Shown here: positions 15,919-25,054 of the stretch, in pieces
How the letters are laid out: each line of letters begins with the position of its first letter
How positions within the stretch are numbered: the first letter of the stretch is position 1
From: a virus
Lineage: Duplodnaviria; Caudoviricetes
Length of the DNA: 25,544 nt
IMG/VR virus record: IMGVR_UViG_3300020352_000034
Coordinates: 1-25,544 of that record
Direction: 5' to 3' (one strand)
Notes under the pieces: generated by a model
Told to the model about the DNA's origin: nothing
The model's database searches: none
What the model saw: the letters and a program-made list of their open reading frames with translations, nothing else
Made by a program: the position numbers and the translations under genes

Positions 15919-16856
15919 TTGAACTTACACTCCGACATAATCTCTGTAAGACATGCAGTGAAGTTAATCTCTGAATCCATTGCAAATGCAGATTTGTATT
16001 GATAGTCTGCAATTAATAATACACATGCTGGGATAGAACTTGGTTCTAGTCTTTGTTCAAGTGTATCAAACAATTTTCTGAATAAAGTGTTGAAGTCGTT
16101 ATCAGAATTTTGACCGACCCACTTTCTCATTCCACCCCAATTCTTATCTGCGAGCATATCAACGAGAGGTGTTAGTTTCTCTTCATTAAGAGTAGAGAGA
16201 AGACCTGTATCAATTTCTCCACCAACACCATATCTCTGAACTTCATTCAAACACCTTCTGAAGTCGGGAAAGAACTTTAAGATTAATTCTACTAAAACTT
16301 TTTGGTCATACTTAATATTTTCAGTATCACATATTTCCATAAGTCTTGTTAAGAAAATACTTGCAAGTCTTTGTTTATCATCAGGTGTCATTGTAAAGTC
16401 AATAACAGTTGTTCTTGAATGTAGGGGTGGTATGATTCTATTTTTGTAATTACAAGTGAATATGAATCTACAGTTTGAAGAGAACTCTTCTATAAAGTTT
16501 CTCAATGCAGGTTGAACTGAATCTGCAGAAATGTAATCTGCTTCATCAAGTATCACAACCTTAGGGCCTCCTGCAAGGGATACAGTAGATGCAAAGTTTT
16601 TAATCTTAGTCCTAAGAGTATCTATGAGTCTTCCTTCGTCTGACCCATTTATTACAATATAGTCTGCACCAAGTTCATTACATAGTGCCTTTGCAACTGT
16701 TGTCTTACCTATTCCTGCAGAACCACATAACATTAAATTAGGAATCTCACCCGACTCTAAGAAGTCATTGAATGTTTGTTTAATTCTTGTAGGTAATATT
16801 GTATCGTTTATTGTTTGTGGACGATACTTTTCCACATATAAAAATTCTTGTTTCAT
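15915..16856 (-). CDS. gp44: Clamp loader ATPase subunit gp44
   Basis: VEKYRPQTI, Walker A GSAGIGKTT, Walker B VVILDEAD, QPALRNFIEEFSSNCRF. Confidence 0.97.
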   Translation of the reverse strand: MKQEFLYVEKYRPQTINDTILPTRIKQTFNDFLESGEIPNLMLCGSAGIGKTTVAKALCNELGADYIVINGSDEGRLIDTLRTKIKNFASTVSLAGGPKVVILDEADYISADSVQPALRNFIEEFSSNCRFIFTCNYKNRIIPPLHSRTTVIDFTMTPDDKQRLASIFLTRLMEICDTENIKYDQKVLVELILKFFPDFRRCLNEVQRYGVGGEIDTGLLSTLNEEKLTPLVDMLADKNWGGMRKWVGQNSDNDFNTLFRKLFDTLEQRLEPSSIPACVLLIADYQYKSAFAMDSEINFTACLTEIMSECKFK

Positions 16857-16865
16857 AATAAGAGC

Positions 16866-16956
16866 AAACCCCCCACCGAGTTTACAGTGTAATCCACCCT
16901 TTGATGAGTATGGACTACTCCCGTGTATATTGCAGAGACTGGCACAATATTCACAC
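16866..16956 (-). promoter_or_regulatory. Structured intergenic leader before gp44 (three hairpins)
   Basis: GTGT..ATATTG/CAATAT.ACAC; GTAGTCCA/TGGATTAC; AAACTC/GGGTTT. Confidence 0.45.
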
Positions 16957-16970
16957 TAAATGTATTTAGT

Positions 16971-17636
16971 CTAAATACCATACTTTGAATCGGGTTCCAA
17001 TGCAATAAAGTACTCTAAATCAATATCTATATTTTTGAAATTAGATATTCCTTTTGAAGATACTGAAACTTCATAGTTTCCTTCTAAAACTTTTAGGTTC
17101 TCAATCTTAAAGTTCATTACATATTTTGTACCATCACCTTCTGCAACAATTCTAGAGAATGTATTAGAAGTAGTATTCTTCTTATCAGTCACTTCTAATG
17201 ACACTGTAGTACCGTCTGATTTAAGAATTAAATCATTTACACCTAGAACACTTGCAGCCTTATTGAGGTCTGTTAGAAGTGTAGAGGATAGATTGAATGT
17301 TATTTCAGTTTCTGGCATTGTAATCATTTTATCGGGTGCAGTCACCATACCTTCACTTGCAAAGAAATAGTTCATTGCAGAATGGTCATCTGTTATAGAC
17401 AATGATGAATCATTAAATTCAAACTCGGGGTCTTCTAATAAAGAAGTTGCACCTAAGAACTCTGGCAGATTATATATACTGAAGTCTTGTGGAAAGTCTT
17501 CGGGTATCGTTGCAACTGCAAGAATGTTTTTCATGTTAGAGATTGTCTCCAACTTGTTTCCTGTTTTAACCCTAATTCCTTGGTTAATTGTTGAGAAATT
17601 TTTTAAGACATTTCTCGTGTCATTACTTATTTTCAT
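16971..17636 (-). CDS. gp45: Sliding clamp gp45
   Basis: MKISNDTRNVLKNFSTINQGI, FSIYNLPEFLG, YFIALEPDS; AGGAG RBS supports the start at 17636. Confidence 0.95.
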   Translation of the reverse strand: MKISNDTRNVLKNFSTINQGIRVKTGNKLETISNMKNILAVATIPEDFPQDFSIYNLPEFLGATSLLEDPEFEFNDSSLSITDDHSAMNYFFASEGMVTAPDKMITMPETEITFNLSSTLLTDLNKAASVLGVNDLILKSDGTTVSLEVTDKKNTTSNTFSRIVAEGDGTKYVMNFKIENLKVLEGNYEVSVSSKGISNFKNIDIDLEYFIALEPDSKYGI

Positions 17637-17931
17637 CACTATTAGTCTCCTGTTTATCGTGAACATGAAGCATAAACAAAGCATAATGTAAAACCTTTAA
17701 TAGGTCTGCCCTGTTCTTACCTCCCTTTTTACCGTATCGTTGAGCATACTTCATTATGTTCCCGATACAAAAACCTTCACCATGTCCACTGTCAATTATA
17801 AATTCAGTGGATTGGTATTTGTTTAAACTGTAATGTTGGTCGTAGGTATTATCGATATAAGAGGACAATTCCTTTAGGGATTTGTCCTCGTTATATTTGT
17901 AATCTATTGTTTTAACCTTTTTACCAAACAT
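17623..17931 (-). CDS. DUF3310/SaV-like protein (T7 gp1.7 nucleotide kinase-like family)
   Basis: QHY...GEGFCIGNIMKYAQRYGKKGG...DLLKVLHY; start at 17931 supported by promoter position. Confidence 0.75.
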   Translation of the reverse strand: MFGKKVKTIDYKYNEDKSLKELSSYIDNTYDQHYSLNKYQSTEFIIDSGHGEGFCIGNIMKYAQRYGKKGGKNRADLLKVLHYALFMLHVHDKQETNSDENK

Positions 17932-17932
17932 A

Positions 17933-19168
17933 CTAGTCATTATACTCTGAAGTGTCTGATTCGTCAATAGAGTTTTCTGCATTCAAGTCTACTCCAGCAT
18001 CAATCTTGGAGTAGAGGTCGAGGATACTATTTCTAGTCTCTTCGTCAAACCTTGAAATACACATTGTGATTGACTTCAGTTTGTCATTGAACATTCTGAA
18101 TGCATTGACAATGTGAACCAATCTTCTAGTCGTGACAACATCATCAATCGCACCTTCATAGTAGGTTTTTCTGATAATGTCTGCCCAGTCAACTAGTTTA
18201 GTGACGAACTCTGAATCAACTTCACCAGTCAATTCCATTTCTTTTGCAAGGATTTTTCTTTCAGTAGTCACTGGTGGGTATTCTTGTTGCATTGTGATTG
18301 CAAACCTTTCCAACATTGCCTCATTCATGATTTGAGTTCCTATGAACTTTCCATCATCAGACCCTTGTCCTTTAGTATTTGCAGTAGCAAGAATAGTGAA
18401 CCCGTCTTTAGGTGTCACCCACTCACCAGTTTTCTTGATAAGGTATCCTTTACCTTCAAGAACTGATTGTAGACACATAAGTTTGTTAGAACCTAAGTCA
18501 ACTTCGTCAAGAAGTAGGACAGAACCTTTTCTCATTGCCTTGATAACAGGGCCTTCTCTATAGACTATGTTTCCATTGACTAGAGTGTGTCCACCCATTA
18601 AGTCATCTTCATCAGTCTCGATTGTTATATTGACTCTGAAGAGTTCTCTCTTCAATTGAGCACATGTTTGTTCAATCATTAATGTTTTACCATTACCACT
18701 TAGTCCAGTAATGAATACTGGGAAAAAGATTTTAGATTTGATTATGTTCTTTACATCTTTGAAATGTCCGAATGGAACATAGTTTGACATTTTCTCGGGA
18801 ATGATTTTAACACTATCGTTAAGAACATTCACGGACTCGGTTGCAGCCGCAACTGGCATATTACTTACAACTGGTGTTGCAGGAATTGGTTTTGCAATTG
18901 ACACTACATTCTCAGGTTCATAACCACCGTTATATCCACCTACAACTGCCTCAAGATTAAATATCTCACCATTCTTGAAATTGTATCTAGTAGATTTACA
19001 CCAGTAAGGCATTCCACCTACTGCATCAAAATCTTCTTTGGTGAAAGATGTTTTATCTTTAAACATTGTGGTTAAGGTTGATAGAAACTCCTTCCTATCG
19101 GGTGTGAAGTGAAACGGTTTTCCGTCTATGTTTATTGACTCACTTCTGTCATAACTTCTTTTACTCAT
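17933..19168 (-). CDS. cobS: CobS-like MoxR-family AAA+ ATPase
   Basis: Walker A GLSGNGKT, ETDEDDLMGG, Walker B LLLDEVD, ATANTKGQG, LERF, TTRRLV; AAGGAG RBS. Confidence 0.9.
   Translation of the reverse strand: MSKRSYDRSESINIDGKPFHFTPDRKEFLSTLTTMFKDKTSFTKEDFDAVGGMPYWCKSTRYNFKNGEIFNLEAVVGGYNGGYEPENVVSIAKPIPATPVVSNMPVAAATESVNVLNDSVKIIPEKMSNYVPFGHFKDVKNIIKSKIFFPVFITGLSGNGKTLMIEQTCAQLKRELFRVNITIETDEDDLMGGHTLVNGNIVYREGPVIKAMRKGSVLLLDEVDLGSNKLMCLQSVLEGKGYLIKKTGEWVTPKDGFTILATANTKGQGSDDGKFIGTQIMNEAMLERFAITMQQEYPPVTTERKILAKEMELTGEVDSEFVTKLVDWADIIRKTYYEGAIDDVVTTRRLVHIVNAFRMFNDKLKSITMCISRFDEETRNSILDLYSKIDAGVDLNAENSIDESDTSEYND
17939..17967 (-). promoter_or_regulatory. sigma70-type promoter for the gp45-44-62-regA block
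   Basis: TTGACG-N17-TATAAT inside the 3' end of cobS, 7 nt before the ATG at 17931. Confidence 0.7.
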
Positions 19169-19203
19169 TTAGTCTCCTTGGTTAAGTTAGTTTGTTTTCT
19201 CAT
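19165..19203 (-). CDS. Possible 12-aa leader ORF coupled to cobS
   Basis: ATG 7 nt after the promoter -10; MRKQTNLTKETK; its TGA overlaps the cobS ATG. Confidence 0.3.
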   Translation of the reverse strand: MRKQTNLTKETK

Positions 19204-19208
19204 CTTGT

Positions 19209-19242
19209 ATAGTATACAAAAAAGTGGCGGGGATTGTCAAGC
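19209..19242 (-). promoter_or_regulatory. Repeated early promoter, copy 1
   Basis: GCTTGACAATCCCCGCCACTTTTTTGTATACTAT (TTGACA-N18-TATACT). Confidence 0.85.
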
Positions 19243-19244
19243 AC

Positions 19245-19514
19245 TTATTTGATTGGTTGTAAAAGTTTTTCCATTTCATGGGCAATAGAAATGTGTTTTT
19301 TAAGTTTCTTCCTGTAAGTTGTAAACTCACCATTGTTTACCCAGTATCTGAATGCCTTACATTCAACCTTTTCTTCAGCACATGCAGATTGTCTTGGACA
19401 ATCAAACTTTTGACATGGACTTGGGCCCACGTCCATAACAGCATCTGCAAAAGCACTGTAATCAGTATTGTGTGAAATGTAATATGCTGGGTCTACTTTT
19501 AATGTATCTCTCAT
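19245..19514 (-). CDS. Hypothetical Cys-rich protein
   Basis: 89 aa; PCQKFDCPRQSACAEEKVECKAF (4 Cys); AAGGAG RBS. Confidence 0.75.
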   Translation of the reverse strand: MRDTLKVDPAYYISHNTDYSAFADAVMDVGPSPCQKFDCPRQSACAEEKVECKAFRYWVNNGEFTTYRKKLKKHISIAHEMEKLLQPIK

Positions 19515-19672
19515 TATAATTCTCCTTGATTAAATAATTTACTTTTTTCTAATAAAGTCACTTTAAAGGTGTTATGAATAAAATCCATATCTACAATATA
19601 GGGAACATCTATTTTGTTTGTAAAATCTTTGTATTGGTTTTCATCCAATACCATTGTGGTTTGTAAATTCAT
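19514..19672 (-). CDS. Small hypothetical protein (52 aa)
   Basis: Hand-translated MNLQTTMVLDENQYKDFTNKIDVPYIVDMDF...GEL; TAATG overlaps at both ends; AAGGAG upstream. Confidence 0.65.
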   Translation of the reverse strand: MNLQTTMVLDENQYKDFTNKIDVPYIVDMDFIHNTFKVTLLEKSKLFNQGEL

Positions 19673-22026
19673 TATGCAATCTCCTTAATAAATTCGTTGG
19701 TTAAAAATCTTGAAGTTGTTTTTGATTTCTGATTTCTTTTGAATGCAGCCATAACTCTAGTTTTCTTTGCATCAACCAAGTCATCAGAAAGTTCGTCATC
19801 ACCACTAACACCTATAGCGTTAGTAGAAGTAATGAATAGTTTATTGTATCCATGGCACTCAACGACATATCCAGTTTTTCTGACTTGTCTCCAAATCTCA
19901 TCACTGATTGATGACAGTTTGTCATTTGCAATGTAAAGTAAATCCAGCATGTCTCTTTTTTTACCTAAGACAAAGTACCCAGTGACCGTGACATTACACT
20001 CTTTTGATAACCAGTCTAAAAGGTTTTGAGTGTTCTTAAAACCACTTCTTCCACTGTATCCAGTATCAGTTGAATAGTCATAAACTTTTTTTGAATATGG
20101 GTCAATGATTTCTCTTGAACGTGGTGTTCTCCATGAATAATCTTCTTCAGTTTCTTGAGATTTAATAACTTGATTTTCTTCAGCAGTCTTATCAAGAAAA
20201 TCTCCTTGATGTGAATAACCATCAGTAATGATTGTAAGAATTGATTTCTCAATTGAATATTGAGTGTTGAACTTAGGAAGCATTTTTCTTAGAGCAACTA
20301 GTGATTGGTCTAGAGGTGTTCCACCCAGTCTATAGTTTCTAGGGCCGACATTAGTATCTAAGTAAGTGTAATATCCATCATTGGTAATGTAATCAACTTC
20401 TCCATACAAGTCATTCCATTTAGTTAGTGCCTTATCTTGATTTCTGTAAGAGTATTTTCCAAAGTGATAGTTAGACCATTTGGTTCCTAGTGCCTCTAAC
20501 ATTTTTGTCCATTCTCTGTTATTCATTTCATCAGAAGCAATAGTTAGTAATGAAGTGTAATCACTTCTAAAAGTCCACTCATCTTCTACTGTATATGAAT
20601 CAGAGAAAAGATATATTCTATGTGGGATATTAACTGTTCTACAGAACATTGCAAGTATAATTGATTGTTCTATCAAATCATCACACTGGTCTTGAATAGA
20701 ACCACTCCAATCAAGTAAAATTGTCAACCCGTGATTTTGTCCCTCTGGCACATACAATGCCTTTTTGAAAACATCATCAACGATTTGATATTTAGCAAGT
20801 CTATTCATATCCAACTTACCAGTTTTACCAGTGTAAGCATGTTTACTTCTTTGTGCAGTTTGTTTCATCTCAAACTCTTTTGCCATATGAGCAACAAGTT
20901 TTTTGTTTTTATCAACTAGATACTTACCTGCAAGTTTAGACCTTGCAATTTGTTTTTCTTTATTAGAATTATCAGTAGTATTCCAGTGGTTATCCCAATC
21001 TGCAAGAACAGTTTTATATGACACTTCAACATTGTCTATATCTTCTTTTCTATCTTTAAATACTTTAGGAAGGTCGATTTGAGATTTGATATGTGCAACA
21101 TCTGAAATATATTCACCTTCGTTATTGTGTGCATAGTGTTCAGTAATTGATTCTCTTGCACCGTTTTGGTCGTCATGAGAACCAAATCCTAGACCACCTT
21201 TTTGACCAGTCTCTTTAGTCTCTTCCTTTTCTTCTAGTTCTTTTTTAGATTCATCAGAGTTCTCTTGTCCAGTAGAATCTCCTTCGTCTATATCTTCTAA
21301 GTCAGGCAGGGAATCTCCACCACCTTTAGAACCTTCTTGATTTTCTGAATCCTCTTCTGATTCCTCATCTCCCCAAGACTCCTCTTCTCCATCTTCGTCT
21401 TCTTCGTCTTCTCCAATGTCTAAGGTTTGTGGGACTAGACTTTCATCAGTTTCATCTCTAGTCTCATTCTCTTTAGACCACTCGTAAATTTCAGTTGCAA
21501 CTGCCTCAACTTCTTCCCAAGTCTTACAAGCATAACACTTGTCTAACAATACTTGTTCTTCAGAAGTTAATTTAATTGATACCCTAGAACCAACCTTAGT
21601 GATAAGATTGATTTTATCTATGAGTGAAAGTGTTTGAAGGTCTCTATCTTTAATACCAAAGAAGTCTCTTTGCATTAATTCGTCATAAGCCTTGTAGAAT
21701 GATTTTCTTAGACCTTGATATCTATCTTTGATTGCAGATTCGATTCTTACATCTTCTACAACATTAAGATATCCCTTAAGTGTTCTATTCTTTTCTAATG
21801 CACTATGAACACCTTCGTATGGTGTGTGTAGTGCATGTCCAACTTCATGTCCCATGAATAGGTCATAAAGTTCATTACTGATATCGTCCTTGAAAGTAGG
21901 ACATGCAAGGATTCTATTCTTGATATCAAAATATGCAGTAGGTATATTCCTATGCACAACAGTTAGGTCTTCAGTCGCCATTAGTTTAGCGAGTTGGTCT
22001 TTTTGGTTTGTTATTGAATTTGTCAT
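19672..22026 (-). CDS. CobT-like protein: N-terminal HExxH metallopeptidase-like domain, acidic linker, VWA domain
   Basis: GHEVGHALHT..NVVEDVRIE; E/D-rich linker; MIDAS elements LLDWSGS, GGTPL, ITDG; likely partner of the nearby CobS. Confidence 0.85.
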   Translation of the reverse strand: MTNSITNQKDQLAKLMATEDLTVVHRNIPTAYFDIKNRILACPTFKDDISNELYDLFMGHEVGHALHTPYEGVHSALEKNRTLKGYLNVVEDVRIESAIKDRYQGLRKSFYKAYDELMQRDFFGIKDRDLQTLSLIDKINLITKVGSRVSIKLTSEEQVLLDKCYACKTWEEVEAVATEIYEWSKENETRDETDESLVPQTLDIGEDEEDEDGEEESWGDEESEEDSENQEGSKGGGDSLPDLEDIDEGDSTGQENSDESKKELEEKEETKETGQKGGLGFGSHDDQNGARESITEHYAHNNEGEYISDVAHIKSQIDLPKVFKDRKEDIDNVEVSYKTVLADWDNHWNTTDNSNKEKQIARSKLAGKYLVDKNKKLVAHMAKEFEMKQTAQRSKHAYTGKTGKLDMNRLAKYQIVDDVFKKALYVPEGQNHGLTILLDWSGSIQDQCDDLIEQSIILAMFCRTVNIPHRIYLFSDSYTVEDEWTFRSDYTSLLTIASDEMNNREWTKMLEALGTKWSNYHFGKYSYRNQDKALTKWNDLYGEVDYITNDGYYTYLDTNVGPRNYRLGGTPLDQSLVALRKMLPKFNTQYSIEKSILTIITDGYSHQGDFLDKTAEENQVIKSQETEEDYSWRTPRSREIIDPYSKKVYDYSTDTGYSGRSGFKNTQNLLDWLSKECNVTVTGYFVLGKKRDMLDLLYIANDKLSSISDEIWRQVRKTGYVVECHGYNKLFITSTNAIGVSGDDELSDDLVDAKKTRVMAAFKRNQKSKTTSRFLTNEFIKEIA

Positions 22027-22030
22027 GTTT

Positions 22031-22064
22031 ATAGTATACTAAAAAGTGGCGAGGATTGTCAAGC
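22031..22064 (-). promoter_or_regulatory. Repeated early promoter, copy 2
   Basis: GCTTGACAATCCTCGCCACTTTTTAGTATACTAT; -10 lies 6 nt before the ATG at 22026. Confidence 0.85.
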
Positions 22065-22232
22065 CGTGTCGAATTTTCTCCAAGATTTTGAAAAGTTTTT
22101 CATTGGGGTTTTAAAGATTATCTCTTTTTTTGTTCCCTCTATAATATAGCCAACCAATTCCATTTTCTTATTGACTATGTAAGTATGACTAGGAAATTCC
22201 CAATCTGTTTTTTCTTTAAGATAAGTATTCAT
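22059..22232 (-). CDS. Small hypothetical protein (57 aa)
   Basis: Hand-translated MNTYLKEKTDWEFPSHTYIVNKKMELVGYII...FSKSWRKFDTA; TAATG coupled. Confidence 0.7.
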   Translation of the reverse strand: MNTYLKEKTDWEFPSHTYIVNKKMELVGYIIEGTKKEIIFKTPMKNFSKSWRKFDTA

Positions 22233-22531
22233 TATGCAACCAACCTAGTGTATGGTTCATAACAACCACTGACACCGATTGCAGAGTTATCACAACCTCT
22301 ACCGTCCATCCATATCTCTAAATCCATAGATTCATAACACTCTGAAGAGAATGTCTCACCCACGAAAGTAGTGTCTAAATTAGTCTCATAAACATTCTTA
22401 CCCATTTTACTGATAGGTTTTACTGATAGGTAATTAGGAGTCACCTCTTTGATTATAGCAGTAGTCGTTATACCGTCTATAGTGTACTTACAGGTATCAT
22501 ACCCAACTTCTATGTAATTAGTATCTAACAT
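22232..22531 (-). CDS. Hypothetical protein
   Basis: ~99 aa; GAGG RBS and TAATG overlap support the start at 22531. Confidence 0.7.
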   Translation of the reverse strand: MLDTNYIEVGYDTCKYTIDGITTTAIIKEVTPNYLSVKPISKMGKNVYETNLDTTFVGETFSSECYESMDLEIWMDGRGCDNSAIGVSGCYEPYTRLVA

Positions 22532-22728
22532 TAAATGCACCTCGCTTCTTTTCTAAGTTCAAATAGTTTTGCAATAAAACCATTTGCACCACCTGTAGGA
22601 CTTGGTACTTCTGCAATACCGAATTCACTTTCGATTGCAAAAATTACATTCCAAATATCCTTATCTGCCATAGACAGGATATCTTCCATAATTTCTTGAT
22701 TAATGTTGTCGTTTTGAATGTTTGACAT
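22531..22728 (-). CDS. Hypothetical early protein (65 aa)
   Basis: AAGGAG RBS before the ATG at 22728; downstream of promoter copy 3. Confidence 0.7.
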   Translation of the reverse strand: MSNIQNDNINQEIMEDILSMADKDIWNVIFAIESEFGIAEVPSPTGGANGFIAKLFELRKEARCI

Positions 22729-22753
22729 GTTATCTCCTTTTTTCATTATATAC

Positions 22754-22787
22754 ATAGTATACAAAAAAGTGGCGGGGATTGTCAAGC
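22754..22787 (-). promoter_or_regulatory. Repeated early promoter, copy 3
   Basis: GCTTGACAATCCCCGCCACTTTTTTGTATACTAT, identical to copy 1. Confidence 0.85.
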
Positions 22788-23420
22788 TTTGCGTAATCTA
22801 TAGTGGTCTAATTCTAAGTCTTTTGTTCTATTATCGGTGATAATATTATCGGGGTTCGTAGAGAACCACATTGAGATAGTGTGTCGTGAGTTCCTTCGGA
22901 CGGGATACACACCGTGTTTATGGTATAAACCTTGAAACAAAAGACCTTCTCTTGCAACTGGTTTATGTACATAGTTTTCTTGGTCGGGAAAATAGGTTTC
23001 CCCACCTCTGAAATTTTCATTTAAATATAGTATAAGAGTCCATTCTCTACTTGGTTGTTCTTCTACCACATCATTATCTAATTCTACTGTAGAGTAAGTG
23101 TCTAAGTGTGGTTCTTGTACACCACCTATTGCCCACTCATTAAGTGCTGTCATTTCGGGATATACTACTTGGTCTGAATGCTTACGGATTTCACCAACTG
23201 ACTGGTACGCAATTCTATTAAATACATCACGAATCCACTGGGTGTGAATGTGAATAAGGTCTATTGCACGGTAATCAGAACCGTCTCCAACACTTCTAAG
23301 ATGCTTGTGCGTTTGGTGAAAGTGAATCAGATTCCTCGACTGATTCTCCGTCAACATGTTCGGAATCTTTATTAGATTGAAGTTGTTGGATATATTGGGC
23401 AATTGCTTGTCGTTTTTCAT
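22782..23420 (-). CDS. 2OG-Fe(II) oxygenase (prolyl 4-hydroxylase-like); start uncertain
   Basis: EPHLD (HxD), TLILYLNENFRGGETYF, HKHGVYPVRRNSRHTISMWF. Confidence 0.88.
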   Translation of the reverse strand: MKNDKQLPNISNNFNLIKIPNMLTENQSRNLIHFHQTHKHLRSVGDGSDYRAIDLIHIHTQWIRDVFNRIAYQSVGEIRKHSDQVVYPEMTALNEWAIGGVQEPHLDTYSTVELDNDVVEEQPSREWTLILYLNENFRGGETYFPDQENYVHKPVAREGLLFQGLYHKHGVYPVRRNSRHTISMWFSTNPDNIITDNRTKDLELDHYRLRKA

Positions 23421-23916
23421 ACTCTATTCTTCTTTTTCTCTCTTTAGGACGAGACTTCAATGCACGTTCTAATTTCAATTTGGATGCTCGTTGTAAGAAC
23501 ACTATTCCATTTAAATGGTCTATTTCATGTTGGGCACATCTAGCACCAACACCGTCTAACATAGTTGAATGTTCATTACCCTCTGAGTCTTGATATTTCA
23601 TTTCACAAACTTTAGGTCTCTTTATCATAAGGTATATATCGGGAAATGATAAACACCCCTCTTTTAGTAAATCGGTTTCTTGTGATACTTTAGTAATTTC
23701 GGGATTGAAGAAGGCCTTATTTCCGTCTTGTGTTCTCATTACAAAAACCCTTGCATCTAATCCAACTTGATTTGCAGACAAACCAATACCTCCAAATTTA
23801 TCCATTGATTCAGATAGTTTTGTTTCTATCTCTTTTGCGTCTTCCCTAGACTCAAAATCAAAAGGTGCTGGTGGTGTTCTTAATACTTTACTTGCTTCTT
23901 CTATTAATGTATACAT
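23296..23916 (-). CDS. def: Peptide deformylase
   Basis: All three motifs present: GIGLSANQVG, EGCLSFP, QHEIDHLNG. Confidence 0.95.
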   Translation of the reverse strand: MYTLIEEASKVLRTPPAPFDFESREDAKEIETKLSESMDKFGGIGLSANQVGLDARVFVMRTQDGNKAFFNPEITKVSQETDLLKEGCLSFPDIYLMIKRPKVCEMKYQDSEGNEHSTMLDGVGARCAQHEIDHLNGIVFLQRASKLKLERALKSRPKERKRRIEYEKRQAIAQYIQQLQSNKDSEHVDGESVEESDSLSPNAQAS

Positions 23917-25049
23917 TATCTATCTACTACTCCACTATATTGTAATTTTAACATACTAAATTTTGCCAATCTTCCTAGTGTTGCAAGTTTCTTTCCTTCT
24001 CTAACTCCTGCATCACTTCTAATTGTCATTTTTAATTTTTTCATTTCATCAGGTGTATCTATATCTATAAACCATTCTTGGACTGACGATTTATTTAGAT
24101 ATGCATTAAAACTTGTGACCAATGGTAATAATGATGCAAGGTCGTCACCTTTTTGTTCTGCTGTTTTACCTACGGCCTTTACTAATATTAATGGAACTTT
24201 TGCAGGTTTTTGTAGATTAAAATTGTCATAAACCCATTTTTTAAAATCCTCTAGTTTTAATTCATTGAGTGCTTTACATACATGTGTTCTTTGTATTCTT
24301 ACCATTGCGGCATACAAATTGTTAGACTCTTCTTCATTTTCAATATGATAATCTAAGTATAGTTGTCTAATACTTGCAGTCACTTTTCTATCTCCACTTG
24401 CATAAGTACTTTTTGATGCAACTGATTCTATGTTTGGAAGTTTAGAGTACACTGCATCCCATAGTTCATCTTCCATAGGTTTGAGTGCAGACTCTTTATC
24501 CATTCTTACAAGTTGAGTCTTAACATAAGAGTTTAACAATGGTTCTTTCGATTTCGTTGTTCCTGCTTTTAATGAAATACCTAATATTTCTTTATTTTGA
24601 AAGAAGACAAAAATATCACCTGCATGATTTTTAGGAACCCCACTTGGTTTTGCACGGTATCCCCATACAACTTTCTTTATGGGTTTAGATGTGTTTAAAT
24701 CATATAAAAAATTTGTAATACCAATTGCATTTTCCATTTTCATTTTAACAAATCTTTCTTCCATAGTACTAAGTTTTTCTATGACCTCTGCAGCCGCATC
24801 TGCATCTGAAGGTGCATAAGAGGTTTTTGCACTTTTTATATTTAACTTGTAAAGAAACTTTTTAAAATCTTCTACATTACTAGGTCGAAACTTTTTGTTA
24901 AATGCTAAACATGGAAATAATTCTGTCACAGATGCATTTTGAGTAGTTTCACCCATACTCTCAAGTAAATCAAGAGGTATGTCACTAGAATAGGAAGGTA
25001 AGTCTAACTTAATAAGTTTTGGCGATAGATACTCGTTAAAAGATTTCAT
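23916..25049 (-). CDS. Hypothetical protein, possible PD-(D/E)xK nuclease
   Basis: 377 aa; AGDIFVFF...ILGISLKAG resembles the D..(S/E)xK core of restriction-like nucleases. Confidence 0.55.
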   Translation of the reverse strand: MKSFNEYLSPKLIKLDLPSYSSDIPLDLLESMGETTQNASVTELFPCLAFNKKFRPSNVEDFKKFLYKLNIKSAKTSYAPSDADAAAEVIEKLSTMEERFVKMKMENAIGITNFLYDLNTSKPIKKVVWGYRAKPSGVPKNHAGDIFVFFQNKEILGISLKAGTTKSKEPLLNSYVKTQLVRMDKESALKPMEDELWDAVYSKLPNIESVASKSTYASGDRKVTASIRQLYLDYHIENEEESNNLYAAMVRIQRTHVCKALNELKLEDFKKWVYDNFNLQKPAKVPLILVKAVGKTAEQKGDDLASLLPLVTSFNAYLNKSSVQEWFIDIDTPDEMKKLKMTIRSDAGVREGKKLATLGRLAKFSMLKLQYSGVVDR

Positions 25050-25054
25050 ACTAC

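Noticed and set aside
16895-16960. Hammerhead ribozyme on the plus strand (TTGATGA followed by a stem)
   Set aside because: The core is not CUGAUGA and the GAAA after stem II is missing
17933-22026. Cobalamin biosynthesis auxiliary metabolic genes
   Set aside because: No cobN or other cob genes in the window; domain content fits a generic MoxR/VWA pair
20016-23020. Minus-strand ORFs 20016-20252 and 22814-23020
   Set aside because: Alternate-frame ORFs nested in the CobT-like and oxygenase genes, with no independent signals
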